From assembly GCA_019637315.1 (NCBI GenBank), contig JAHBVU010000011.1:7242-71241 (forward strand): a stretch of 64,000 nt of DNA. Direction: 5' to 3'. How positions within the stretch are numbered: the stretch's first letter is position 1; each line of letters starts with the position of its first letter. Positions 45,401 to 57,313 of the stretch are shown piece by piece. The position numbers and the translations under genes are program-made. The notes beneath the pieces were generated by a model. It searched no databases and was not told the origin of the DNA. It was given only the letters and a program-made list of their open reading frames with translations. This DNA comes from Gemmatimonadales bacterium. Lineage in GTDB: Bacteria; Gemmatimonadota; Gemmatimonadetes; Gemmatimonadales; GWC2-71-9.

Positions 45401-46371
45401 TCGGCTCGCGTCCTCGGATCGAGGGCCTGATACGCCAGATCGGTCAGCACGCCGCCCATCAGCACGGCGCCGGACACGAGCAGCGAGGTTGCCATCAGGA
45501 CCGGATAGTCGCGAGTTGCAATGGCGCCAGCTGCGAGGGAGCCGAGTCCGGGCCAGTTGAAGACCGACTCGACGAAGACCGCACCTGATACGAGGACCGG
45601 GAGCCAGAGTCCGAGCAGCGTCAGGACCGGGAAGAGCGCGTTGCGCCAGGCATGCCGCCAGATCACGGTTCGCTCGGTCAGGCCGCGCGCGTAGGCCGCG
45701 CGGACGAAGTCGAGGCGGAGAACCTCGAGCATGGCGCTCCGCTGGTAGCGCATCGTCGCGGCGAGGGTGACGACGGACAGGGTAACGGTGGGCAGCACCA
45801 GGTGGGCCAGGAGGTCGCCGGTGCGGACCAGCCAGCCCGCGTCGGCCGGGAGCAGCGGGTCGGTCATTTGCGCAGCTGGCAGCAGGCGCCACTTGATGGC
45901 AAAGAGCGACACCAGCACCAGGGCGAGCCAGAAACTCGGCGCCGCATAGCCGGCCAGCGAGATCCGGGTCAACCATCGATCGAGCCGAGAGCCGCGCCGC
46001 CTGGCCTGCAGCACGCCGAGCCAGACGCCGAGCGTCAGATTGACGAGCAGGACCGTCACACCGAGCAGGAGTGACGGGCCGAGCCGGCTCTGGACCAGGT
46101 CGCCGACGCGGACGGGATAATACTCGATCGAGACACCGAAATCGCCGCGTACCGCTGCGGACAAGAACCCAGTCAGCTGCGTAGCGATCGGCTGATCGAG
46201 CCCGAAGATGGCTTCGAGGCGGGCCCGTTCGGCCGGGGCGACGGGGCGGTCATCGGTCAGGCGGGCCAGCGGATCGCCTGGGGCGAGCCGCATCAGGATG
46301 AAGAGGAGGACCGCCACCACGGCAAAGGTGGCGGCGGCCTGGAGCAGACGGCGGATCAGCCAGCGGGTCAC
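45397..46371 (-). CDS. ABC peptide transporter permease (OppB/DppB-type)
   Basis: 324 aa, 6 TM helices, BPD_transp_1 domain. Confidence 0.9.
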   Translation of the reverse strand: MTRWLIRRLLQAAATFAVVAVLLFILMRLAPGDPLARLTDDRPVAPAERARLEAIFGLDQPIATQLTGFLSAAVRGDFGVSIEYYPVRVGDLVQSRLGPSLLLGVTVLLVNLTLGVWLGVLQARRRGSRLDRWLTRISLAGYAAPSFWLALVLVSLFAIKWRLLPAAQMTDPLLPADAGWLVRTGDLLAHLVLPTVTLSVVTLAATMRYQRSAMLEVLRLDFVRAAYARGLTERTVIWRHAWRNALFPVLTLLGLWLPVLVSGAVFVESVFNWPGLGSLAAGAIATRDYPVLMATSLLVSGAVLMGGVLTDLAYQALDPRTRAE

Positions 46372-46376
46372 GCCGC

Positions 46377-48011
46377 CTAACGCTGATCCCGTGCGATCCG
46401 GCGAGCCGGATCGACCGACCAGCGCCAGAGATCGGTCCAGGTGCCGTCCGGGCGGATGCTGACGTCGCGGTAGCGGCGGTGCACCACGAGCGCCTGGGCC
46501 GGGGAGTAGAGGAAGACTGCGGGGTAATCGCGCTGCAGGATGGCGATGGCATCATGCCACCGCTCTGCCGCCGCCGAGCCGGTGGCCCGAACGGCCGCAG
46601 CGTAGGCTTCATCGAAGCTCGGGTTGCAGGCTGATCCGACGTTACTTCCGCCCACGCCGGCGCACGACCAGCTCTGCACCAGCCCGGCCGGGGTCGGCAC
46701 CAGGGTTGCCTGCGAGAAGTCGATGTCGAACTCACCTTTGCCCCGACGCTCGGCCCAGACCGGTCCGTCGAGCCGCTGCAGCTCGACCTGGATGCCGACC
46801 TGGCGAAGCATGGCCTGAATCGGCTCGGCCATGCTGACCCGCGGCGTGCTGGTGCCAGGGTAGATCAGGCGCAGGGTCAGCCGTGCGCCGTCTTTGTCGA
46901 GATAACCGTCACCGTCGCTGTCGCGCCAGCCGCGCGACGCCAGGATCCGGCGGGCCTCCGCCGGGTCGAACGCCGGGCCTTTGGCGGTGTGACGACGAAT
47001 CCAGGTGGCCTGTCCCATCGGGCCGTCGACGATCGATGCGTAGGGTCCGAAGACCGACCGGACCAGGCGCTGGCGATCGATTGCGAGGGAGATCGCGTGG
47101 CGAACCTCGCGATCGGCCAGGATCGGATGGGGCTGGCTGCGATTGCCGGCGGCCCGCTGGTTGAACAGCAGATACCCCACGCTGAACGACGACTGCGTTT
47201 TGATATCGAGGTGCGGCTGCTCCATGATCGGCGTGATCTGGCGCGGCAGCAGCGACGCTTCGTACGCGTCTGCGGTGCCGTCGAGCACCAGGTTGAGCTG
47301 GGCTTCGGCGGCGCGCACCACCAGGAAGACGACCCGATGAAGCTTGGGGGCGCCCAGGAAGAAGTCGGGCACGGCGGCGAGCTCGAGCTGGCGACCCGGT
47401 TCGAGTCTGCCCCAGCGAAAGGGCCCGTTGCCGACCGGTCGGGACACGTAGGCCGATGAGGCCAGCCGGGCCGCCGGGATGGTGTCGAGGAGGTGCGCAG
47501 GAAGCGGCACCGCGTTCGAGACGGCGTCGAACATCTGGTCACCATAGGCGTGACGGAACCGGAAGGTGACCTGCCGGGGTCCCGTCGCCGTGACCGATGC
47601 GATGTTCCGCAGCAGCAGCGCGTAGGTGGGCGAGACCGTCGAATCTCGCGCCCGATTCACGCTCCAGACCACATCCCGCGGCGTGACCGGGGTGCCGTCG
47701 TGCCACCGCGCCCGCTCGTCGAGTTCAAAGACGAGGGTGACCGAGTCGGTCCGTCGCCAGGAGCGCGCCAGGGCGGGCTCGTAACTCTTCTCGTCGGTTG
47801 TGACCATCCGCCGCCCCAGCCGAGCCAGGGGCAGGAAGAGCAGGCTGGCTACGTCCGTGTTGGCCTTGGCCAGCGAGAGGGTCGGCACCGGCAGCGTTGG
47901 TTCGGCGCCGATGACGATCGAAATGGTGCCGGACTGCCCGTCGCGCTGGGCGGCCGCCGGGGCAGCCACCAGCATGACCAGCAGCCCTGCCAGTGTTGAA
48001 CGAGCAGGCAT
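46377..48011 (-). CDS. ABC transporter substrate-binding protein, family 5 (OppA/DppA-type)
   Basis: 544 aa with a signal peptide and collinearity with SBP_bac_5 proteins. Confidence 0.9.
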   Translation of the reverse strand: MPARSTLAGLLVMLVAAPAAAQRDGQSGTISIVIGAEPTLPVPTLSLAKANTDVASLLFLPLARLGRRMVTTDEKSYEPALARSWRRTDSVTLVFELDERARWHDGTPVTPRDVVWSVNRARDSTVSPTYALLLRNIASVTATGPRQVTFRFRHAYGDQMFDAVSNAVPLPAHLLDTIPAARLASSAYVSRPVGNGPFRWGRLEPGRQLELAAVPDFFLGAPKLHRVVFLVVRAAEAQLNLVLDGTADAYEASLLPRQITPIMEQPHLDIKTQSSFSVGYLLFNQRAAGNRSQPHPILADREVRHAISLAIDRQRLVRSVFGPYASIVDGPMGQATWIRRHTAKGPAFDPAEARRILASRGWRDSDGDGYLDKDGARLTLRLIYPGTSTPRVSMAEPIQAMLRQVGIQVELQRLDGPVWAERRGKGEFDIDFSQATLVPTPAGLVQSWSCAGVGGSNVGSACNPSFDEAYAAAVRATGSAAAERWHDAIAILQRDYPAVFLYSPAQALVVHRRYRDVSIRPDGTWTDLWRWSVDPARRIARDQR

Positions 48012-48835
48012 TACGTATCCCTCGAGACCAGGTGGCTACCGCTCCCAAGTCCAAGTATCGGATCGATACCTATCGTAATGTAGCGCCGCGCGTTGCAGAA
48101 CCTCGTCGGGCCGGTCGGGCGCGACCGGCTGGAGGCCCGCTCCAGCCAGGGCAGCCGTGACGGCGGCGGCGGCCGTGTCGAACGTCACGGTGTGGCCCAG
48201 CACGGCGCTGAGGGGCGCCTCGGGCGGTTCGGTCGGCGGTGCCGCGTGGTGGACCGACCGAACCAGCGATTGATCGTCTGCCAGGAGGAGGGAGCCGTGC
48301 TGGAGCAGCGCGGTGTCGCCCCGCCGCTGGGCACTGCCCAGGACCTTCTTGCCACCGATGACGATCTCGCCCCCGACGGGGGCGGCAAAGCAAGGGCCGC
48401 TGCCGAGCCCGGGGACGCTCCGATCGTCCGCCAGGTCGGCAGCTGCACCTAGCGTGGCCACGGCGCGCGCCAGCACCGCATGGATGGCGCGATAGGCCGT
48501 TTGCAGCGAGCCATACGTCGCGACCGGGGCCGCTACCGCGTAGGTCAGCTCCCGCGCGTGCCAGACGCCCCGACCACCGGTCGGTCGGCGGACGCAATCG
48601 AGGCCCAGCGCGTCGATCCGGGCGCGGTCATAGCGGCGGGCAGCGGGTTCGTGGCGGCCGAACGAGAGGCAGTGGGGTTCCCAGCGGTAGAGCCGCCAGA
48701 GCTGGCGGCCCGTGGTCTCGGCCCAGTCGAACATGGCGTGGTCGACGGCCATGTTCTGCCAGCCCGGTCTGGGCTGGGTGTCGATCCAGAACTCGCCCGA
48801 GCCGATCGTGGCCTCGGGCGAGGGTGATGCGTGGC

Positions 48836-51691
<2,856 letters not shown>

Positions 51692-51716
51692 GGTCGTAGT
51701 GACGTTCCGATGGTGT

Positions 51717-51756
51717 TCAAATGCAAATGCCCCGAAGGCGTCTCACCCCCGGGGCA
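51717..51756 (-). terminator. GC-rich stem-loop (gccccg…cggggc with an internal CUUCGG) followed by U-rich AUUUGCAUUUG on the minus strand, between gcvH and gcvP
   Basis: Read from the DNA. Could be an intrinsic terminator or attenuator within the gcvH-gcvP transcription unit. Confidence 0.35.
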
Positions 51757-51796
51757 CCGCGACAGCGTTGACAAGCGTATCCGATCCGGAGGTGCG

Positions 51797-52186
51797 TTAG
51801 GCGCCGATGTGGGATCGATACGCAGCTGCGTCGAGCAGCCCGTCGAGCTCTGCCGGGTTCGACGCTTTGAGCCGAATCATCCAACCATCGGAGAACGGCG
51901 TCCGGTTGACGAGGGCCGGATCGGTGTCCAGCGCGCCGTTGACCTCGACGACCTCACCGGCAACCGGCGAGTACAGGTCGGAAACGGCTTTGACAGCTTC
52001 GATCGTGCCGAAGGCCTGATGGGTCGAAAAGGTGTCGCCCACTTTGGGCAGATTGACGAAGACGACGTCACCCAGCTCGCCTTGTGCGTATTCAGTGATA
52101 CCGATTTCGATCACGCCGGCCTCGCCCGTCTGGCGAATCCATTCGTGTTCGGCGGTATAGCGGAGGTCGTCCGGGACGTTGGCCAC
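51797..52186 (-). CDS. gcvH: glycine cleavage system H protein (lipoyl carrier)
   Basis: 129 aa with the lipoyl-lysine context …FGTIEAVKAVSDLYSPV…. Confidence 0.95.
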   Translation of the reverse strand: MANVPDDLRYTAEHEWIRQTGEAGVIEIGITEYAQGELGDVVFVNLPKVGDTFSTHQAFGTIEAVKAVSDLYSPVAGEVVEVNGALDTDPALVNRTPFSDGWMIRLKASNPAELDGLLDAAAYRSHIGA

Positions 52187-52241
52187 CGGGTGGTTCCTTG
52201 TGGTGAGACGGGTAACACGATACCCCGCAGGGGGGGCAGGG

Positions 52242-52856
52242 TCAAGCCGAGAGACCGTTGGCCCGCCGGATCAGGTCGGTCCAGACGGCGCGCGCGCGAG
52301 CTTCGAGGTCGTCGAGGCTGCCGTCGTTGTCGATTACGTAGGTGGCGCGGGCGCGTTTTTCCTCGGATGGAATCTGCGCCTCGATCATCGCTTGCGCGGT
52401 TTCCGGGTCGAGGCCGCGGATCCGTTCCATCCGGGCGCGACGGGTTTCGATCGGAGCATCGACCAGCACCACCGCATCGAAGCTCGCGGGGTCGAGTACT
52501 TCGAAGAGCAGCGGAATGTCTTGGACCACGATTGGAGTGCCGGCCTGGCGAGCCTCGGCCATGATGCCGTCGCGGCGGGCCCGTACGGCGGGGTGGGTAA
52601 TGGCGTTGAGCTTTTTGCGCGCCGCCGGGTCGTTGAAGATCAAGGCGCGGAGCACCCCGCGGTCGAGGGTGCCGTCCGCCGCCAGAATCTCCCGGCCGAA
52701 CTCCTCCACCATGGCCTTGAACACCGCCGTGCCAGGCTGCTGCAGCTCGTGGACGATGGCATCGGCATCGATGACGACGGCGCCCCACTCGGCAAACATT
52801 CGGGCCACTGACGACTTGCCCGAGGCGACATTGCCGGTGAGGCCGACGCTGAGCAT
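52242..52856 (-). CDS. coaE: dephospho-CoA kinase
   Basis: Walker A GLTGNVASGKSS and CoaE collinearity. Confidence 0.92.
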   Translation of the reverse strand: MLSVGLTGNVASGKSSVARMFAEWGAVVIDADAIVHELQQPGTAVFKAMVEEFGREILAADGTLDRGVLRALIFNDPAARKKLNAITHPAVRARRDGIMAEARQAGTPIVVQDIPLLFEVLDPASFDAVVLVDAPIETRRARMERIRGLDPETAQAMIEAQIPSEEKRARATYVIDNDGSLDDLEARARAVWTDLIRRANGLSA

Positions 52857-52858
52857 GC

Positions 52859-53464
52859 CTACAGAATCCTGGTCTGGTCTTCGTCCTGCCTGGGCACCCG
52901 ATGGCAGCGGCGGCAGCGCGCTTCGTACGCTTCGGTGCCGCCCACCATGATCGTGGGCGAGTCCCAGCGCGCGGGCCGACCGCCGATGAGCCGCTGGTTG
53001 CGACAGGCGAGGTCGCCGCAGACGACACAGATGGCCTGCAGCTTGGTGACGTCTTCGGCCACCGCCATCAGCGGTCCCATTTGGCCGAAAGGCTGCCCGC
53101 GAAAATCAGTATCTGTTCCGGCCAGGATGACCCGAACGCCGCGCTCGGCCAGCGAGGTGGCCACGGCGGTCACTCCATGGTCGAGGAACTGTGCCTCGTC
53201 GATCGCGACGACTTCGGTATCGGGCCGTACCTGCCGAAAAATCTCGGCGGCCGAGTCGATCGGAACGGCCTCGATGTCGGCGCCGTTATGACTCGAGACG
53301 CGGGCCACGCCGCCGTAGCGGTCGTCGAGGTGGCTCTTGAAGACCTGGACGCGGCGGCGGGCAATCAACGCCCGCCGCACCCGCCGGATCAGCTCTTCGC
53401 TCTTGCCGCTGAACATGACACCGGCAATGACCTCGATGGTGCCGGTACGCGAGGCGTGATACAT
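52859..53464 (-). CDS. tdk: thymidine kinase
   Basis: The start is taken at the ATG at 53464 ([26 protein letters not shown]; P-loop). C-terminal zinc ribbon CVVCG…CRRCH. Confidence 0.9.
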   Translation of the reverse strand: MYHASRTGTIEVIAGVMFSGKSEELIRRVRRALIARRRVQVFKSHLDDRYGGVARVSSHNGADIEAVPIDSAAEIFRQVRPDTEVVAIDEAQFLDHGVTAVATSLAERGVRVILAGTDTDFRGQPFGQMGPLMAVAEDVTKLQAICVVCGDLACRNQRLIGGRPARWDSPTIMVGGTEAYEARCRRCHRVPRQDEDQTRIL

Positions 53465-53525
53465 CCGCGCTTTCCTGGGGTTCGGACGAGAAGGAGTCCG
53501 ACGATAGATGACCAGCCGGATCGGG

Positions 53526-55031
53526 TCAAGCCGGTCGTCGCGGGGGACGGCTGCCGTCTCGGGGCTTCCGGTCTCGCGGCGCCCGGTCCCGCGATTCGCG
53601 ATCCCGTGAATCACGATCGCGAGAGTCGCTCTCGCGGCTCCGGTCGAGTCGCGCCGCCAGGCGGCGTCCCTTGTACTCGTGGCCGGCGAGCTTCTCGGCG
53701 GCGTTGATCGCGTCGAACTCGCTCGTCATTTCCACGAGTGAGAAGCCATCGCGGAGTTCCAGCCGACCAAGCGTGTCTCGCTTGACGCCGGCGCCGAGGA
53801 CCACGCTGAGCAGCTCGGCCGGGGTTGCACCGTCTTTGCGACCGAGATTGATCCAGACCTTGGGATGGGGCGACGTCAGCGGCGCGCTTGTGGCTGCGGG
53901 CGCGGGTGCTCGGGTCCGGGCTTCGGTCCAGAGGCTCTGGACGGCCACCGCCACCTCGGCGCCGCTCCAGCGGTCCAGCAGCGGGGCGACGGTGGCGTAA
54001 GCTCCCCGATCGATCGGGCCTTCCAGTCGGGAGCGGATGGCGCGCCGATCTTCCTGAATGGCTCGCTCGGCCTGGTCGAGGCCGCCGGGCAGCGTCAGTG
54101 GGTCGATCCGCCCGGCAATCCGGGCAAAGTAGCGCTCGGCGCCCGGGGCAATCAGCACGACGCTCGTGTCGAGGGCGGCCTGGGCGAGCAGTTCCGGCGG
54201 GGGGGCATCGAAAAAGATCGTGGCCGGTCCGGCGGGAATGGCGCCGGCCACCGGTCGGGCGGTGACACCATGCCCGGCGAGTCGTTCGGTCAGCGCCTCG
54301 TGCGAGTCGGCCGACGCGGTCCAGACTTCGACCTCGTCCAGGTTGAGCAGGTCGGCGGCGCGGGCCACGGCGGCGAGCCGGTCATCCCAGCGGACCGCGG
54401 CACCGCGGACCCGGCCGAGCTGCGCCGGCTGGGTCGGGTTGGCCAGCGGCCCCATGGTCGGTGCGCGCCAAGCGTAGCGTTCGGCGAAGGTGGCGGTCCC
54501 TGCCGGGTCGGTCGTCACGACGACCCGCTGGGTTTCCTTCGGCAGGTCGGCAAAGATCGGCACGAAGCCTTCGTCGGACAGCTCCAGTTCAGGCCAGATG
54601 ATGACCACGCCCCGGATCCCATCGGTGCGCAGCTGGCTGCGGCGGAGCAGTTCGGTGGTGGTGGCGAGGGACAGGACCAGCGCGGCAACGCGGCTGGAGG
54701 CGAGGTGGTGCGCGGCCCGACTGGGATTCGGCGCGACGGCGACCGTGATGCCGGCTTGTCGACCGGCCAGCGCAACGGCCTGGCCCCAGGCTTCGAGGGA
54801 CGCGTCCGGGGCGATGACCAGGACCGGTCCCGCCTCGGCCGATTCGGCCGGGCGCCCGAGCAGGGCGGCAAGGACGGGAAGGGTGTAGGCCGGGGCCGGC
54901 GGGGCAGCCAAGACGAGGCTGTTGCCGCGGGCGGCTACGGCGGCGGCGGATGCTACCCCAAAGGCTTCCAGCGACCCGCTCACCGGCGGGTTGGTCAGTT
55001 CGACGTCGGACACGGGTACCTCGATTGTCAA
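53526..55031 (-). CDS. DEAD-box-helicase-like protein with degenerate ATPase/helicase motifs and an intact DbpA-type C-terminal RNA-binding domain plus an RD/RS-rich tail (putative pseudo-helicase)
   Basis: Collinear with DEAD-box proteins, but every ATPase/helicase motif is substituted: Walker A AxTGSGKT becomes [14 protein letters not shown] becomes [13 protein letters not shown] becomes [12 protein letters not shown] becomes WPEL, SAT becomes TTD, and HRIGRTGR is absent. The C-terminus …[47 protein letters not shown]… matches the DbpA/DeaD RNA-binding domain, followed by [14 protein letters not shown]…. Confidence 0.65.
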   Translation of the reverse strand: MTIEVPVSDVELTNPPVSGSLEAFGVASAAAVAARGNSLVLAAPPAPAYTLPVLAALLGRPAESAEAGPVLVIAPDASLEAWGQAVALAGRQAGITVAVAPNPSRAAHHLASSRVAALVLSLATTTELLRRSQLRTDGIRGVVIIWPELELSDEGFVPIFADLPKETQRVVVTTDPAGTATFAERYAWRAPTMGPLANPTQPAQLGRVRGAAVRWDDRLAAVARAADLLNLDEVEVWTASADSHEALTERLAGHGVTARPVAGAIPAGPATIFFDAPPPELLAQAALDTSVVLIAPGAERYFARIAGRIDPLTLPGGLDQAERAIQEDRRAIRSRLEGPIDRGAYATVAPLLDRWSGAEVAVAVQSLWTEARTRAPAPAATSAPLTSPHPKVWINLGRKDGATPAELLSVVLGAGVKRDTLGRLELRDGFSLVEMTSEFDAINAAEKLAGHEYKGRRLAARLDRSRESDSRDRDSRDRESRDRAPRDRKPRDGSRPPRRPA

Positions 55032-55051
55032 TGAAACGGCTCGTTACGCCC

Positions 55052-55070
55052 GGGTGCGGCCCAACCGCAC
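55052..55070. promoter_or_regulatory. 7-bp inverted repeat (ggtgcgg-cccaa-ccgcacc) in the 129-bp divergent intergenic region between the pseudo-helicase gene and aspC; a TTGACT -35-like hexamer lies at ~55095
   Basis: Read from the DNA. This is the only sizeable non-coding gap in the neighbourhood, so promoter or operator function is inferred only. Confidence 0.2.
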
Positions 55071-55160
55071 CGGTATCAGCATAACACCGTAATCTAACAT
55101 TGACTTCGCTCGGGCAACCCACGAACCTTCGCGAAACCTCAACTTCCCGAGCAAATCCCC

Positions 55161-56387
55161 GTGACGAAGGTGCTTCGCCTCCCCGATCCTGTGTCCAGCA
55201 ATCTGACCCACATCAAAGGTTCCGAAACGGTCGCCATCAACGCCGAGGCGCGCCGACTCCGTGCGTTGGGCAAGGACGTGGTCGACCTGAGCGTCGGGGA
55301 GCCTGACTTCGATACGCCGGCGCCGGTGGCGCAGGCGGGAATCCAGGCGATTCAGAAGGGGCAGACCCGGTATCCGCCCAACGTCGGCATTCCGGAACTA
55401 CGGAACGCCATGGCCACCCATTTGAGCCAGCTCTCGGGAGGCCGCGCGGTCGATCCGGATCGCTTCGTGATCAGCTCGGGGTCGAAGCAATCGCTCTTCA
55501 ACGCCTGCTTTTCGCTGTTCGGGCCGAAAGACAAGGTCCTGATTCCGGCGCCGGCCTGGGTCTCGTATCCCCAGATCGTGCACCTCTCGCGGGCCGAGCC
55601 GGTGATGGTGCCGGGCGAAGTCGAGTGGGGGCTCAAGGTCAGCGTCAAAGATCTCGATCGGCACTTCGACAAGCTCGTGCGCGGCATCATTCTCTGCTCG
55701 CCGTGCAATCCGACCGGGGCGGTCTACACCCTGTCAGAACTTCGTGCCATCGGCGACTGGGCCCGGAAGCACAACATCTGGGTCATCAGCGACGAGATCT
55801 ACCGCCGGATCTACTACGGGCCGGGGGCGGCTCCGTCGTTCTTCGACCTGCCGGACGAGTATCTCGAGAAGACCGTCGTCATCTACGGCGCCAGCAAAGC
55901 GTATGCGATGACCGGCTGGCGGATCGGCGCGGCCTACGCGCCGCCGACCATCGTCAAGGCCATGGCCAACCTGCAGTCGCACACGACGACCGGGGCCAAT
56001 CATCCCGCCCAGGTAGCGGCGGCAGCGGCCTTTTCGGATCCCAAGGTCGAGCAGGAAGTCGTCAAGATGACGGCCGCATTTCGTCGGCGGCGCGATCGGC
56101 TGGTCGAGCGGTTTCGGACCGAAGCGCCCGGCATCGAGTTCGTCGAGCCGCTGGGTGCGTTCTACCTGTTCTTCCGGGTCGACGGCATTCGCCAGAAGCC
56201 GGTGGTGACCGGTACCAAGTTCTGCGAACGCCTGCTCACCGAGCACGGTGTGGCGGCGGTGCCGGGCGCCGCGTTCGGCGACGACCGTTGGATTCGGCTC
56301 TCGTACGCCGCGTCGGACAAGGATCTCGAGAAGGCGATCCATCGGTTGATGCGCTGCATCGCGGAGTTCGAAGCGGGCGGGGTGTGA
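55161..56387 (+). CDS. pyridoxal-phosphate-dependent aminotransferase, class I (aspartate aminotransferase-like)
   Basis: GTG start. …SGSKQS…, PLP-lysine context …YGASKAYAMTGWRIG…, and AAT-I fold collinearity. Confidence 0.9.
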   Translation: MTKVLRLPDPVSSNLTHIKGSETVAINAEARRLRALGKDVVDLSVGEPDFDTPAPVAQAGIQAIQKGQTRYPPNVGIPELRNAMATHLSQLSGGRAVDPDRFVISSGSKQSLFNACFSLFGPKDKVLIPAPAWVSYPQIVHLSRAEPVMVPGEVEWGLKVSVKDLDRHFDKLVRGIILCSPCNPTGAVYTLSELRAIGDWARKHNIWVISDEIYRRIYYGPGAAPSFFDLPDEYLEKTVVIYGASKAYAMTGWRIGAAYAPPTIVKAMANLQSHTTTGANHPAQVAAAAAFSDPKVEQEVVKMTAAFRRRRDRLVERFRTEAPGIEFVEPLGAFYLFFRVDGIRQKPVVTGTKFCERLLTEHGVAAVPGAAFGDDRWIRLSYAASDKDLEKAIHRLMRCIAEFEAGGV

Positions 56388-57313
56388 GTACGCGGCTCCT
56401 CTTTGCACGAGTGCGCCGGGCGATTGAGGGCACCCCCGGCGCCGTGGCGGCCTCGACCATGCCGCCGGCTGTCGAGGGGCGCCCCGATGTCTACCGCCAG
56501 ATCCAGTCGACCGTCGTCGAAGGGTCGACTCTTGCCGTGCATCCGGTGACCCGGAGCCCGTGCCCTGAGCCGATTGCTTTTCTCGACGGCACGCAGCGCT
56601 ACGAAGTCGTCAGTTATGTCGGCACTTCGCCGGTGGTGGCGGCCCTGATTGGCGCCGCGGTCCGCCTCCGGGTCGACGGGCAGTTCCGCACGGTGGCGCA
56701 CGACGGCGGCCGGCTGCTGATCGGTGCGCCGAATGCGCTGGCTGCCTTTGCCGATCGGCTGCCGGATTTTGGCCGGGTCGAGCTCGATCTCGACGGCCCG
56801 GTTCATCCCCTCGAAGAACTCGAGAAGGCGCACCGAGCGGTCGATGACTACCGCAGCGCGCTGGAGTGGCGGGTCGCTGCGCAGTTTCGCCGTGACGATC
56901 CGTCCTGGCTCGTCGTCGACGGTGTGTTACCCCATTTCGATCGGCTCGGGTCTGATCCGCGCGTCATCGGGGTGTCGAAAAGCCACGCGACGCTGCCCTT
57001 CGACGATCCCGAGACCAGTCACCTGTACTTGTCGCTGCCGCAGGGGCACCGGACCAGTGTGTTCCGCCCCGCGACGCCCCACGCGGCACCGGTCGATTCC
57101 TGGGCGCTTCGACTCTGGGCGCACGAGGGCAAAGATCTTTTCCACGGCCTGGTGCGCATCGAAGTCGCGGCCCGCACCGAGCGGGCTGAGCACGCCGAGC
57201 GCGTCTCGGGCTGGCTCCTGGCCGAGCGGGCCCCGATTGCTCGGCCCGACGCGCGGTGGGACCGCTTGCTGTACGGCGTGGCCCAGGTCGAACGCCATTT
57301 GAGGGCCCGATGA
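56384..57313 (+). CDS. NurA-like 5'-3' nuclease (RNase-H-like fold), partner of the HerA-like ATPase
   Basis: GTG start overlapping the aspC stop (GTGA). ~310 aa. Candidate catalytic motifs …IAFLDGTQRYE… (DGS/T-type Asp motif) and …RVIGVSKSHA…. Its stop overlaps the HerA-like start (ATGA). The call rests mainly on size, motifs and position immediately upstream of herA-sbcD-sbcC. Confidence 0.55.
   Translation: MSTRLLFARVRRAIEGTPGAVAASTMPPAVEGRPDVYRQIQSTVVEGSTLAVHPVTRSPCPEPIAFLDGTQRYEVVSYVGTSPVVAALIGAAVRLRVDGQFRTVAHDGGRLLIGAPNALAAFADRLPDFGRVELDLDGPVHPLEELEKAHRAVDDYRSALEWRVAAQFRRDDPSWLVVDGVLPHFDRLGSDPRVIGVSKSHATLPFDDPETSHLYLSLPQGHRTSVFRPATPHAAPVDSWALRLWAHEGKDLFHGLVRIEVAARTERAEHAERVSGWLLAERAPIARPDARWDRLLYGVAQVERHLRAR

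Noticed and set aside
44558-45976. 472-aa ORF for the OppC-type permease
   Set aside because: The N-terminal 190 codons overlap oppB and are low-complexity. The ATGA junction at 45400 gives a normal ~280-aa permease.
51692-52241. Glycine riboswitch in the leaders of gcvP or gcvH
   Set aside because: The leaders are only ~105 nt and ~55 nt. No recognisable tandem-aptamer consensus (GGAGAG…CACCG cores) was seen by eye. Only a terminator-like hairpin was found, so absence is not proven.
53560-53660. Short tandem DNA repeats (cgcgat/cgagag units) suggestive of a repeat array
   Set aside because: They encode the in-frame RD/RS low-complexity tail ([14 protein letters not shown]) of the DbpA-domain protein. 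This is not a CRISPR array or a non-coding repeat.
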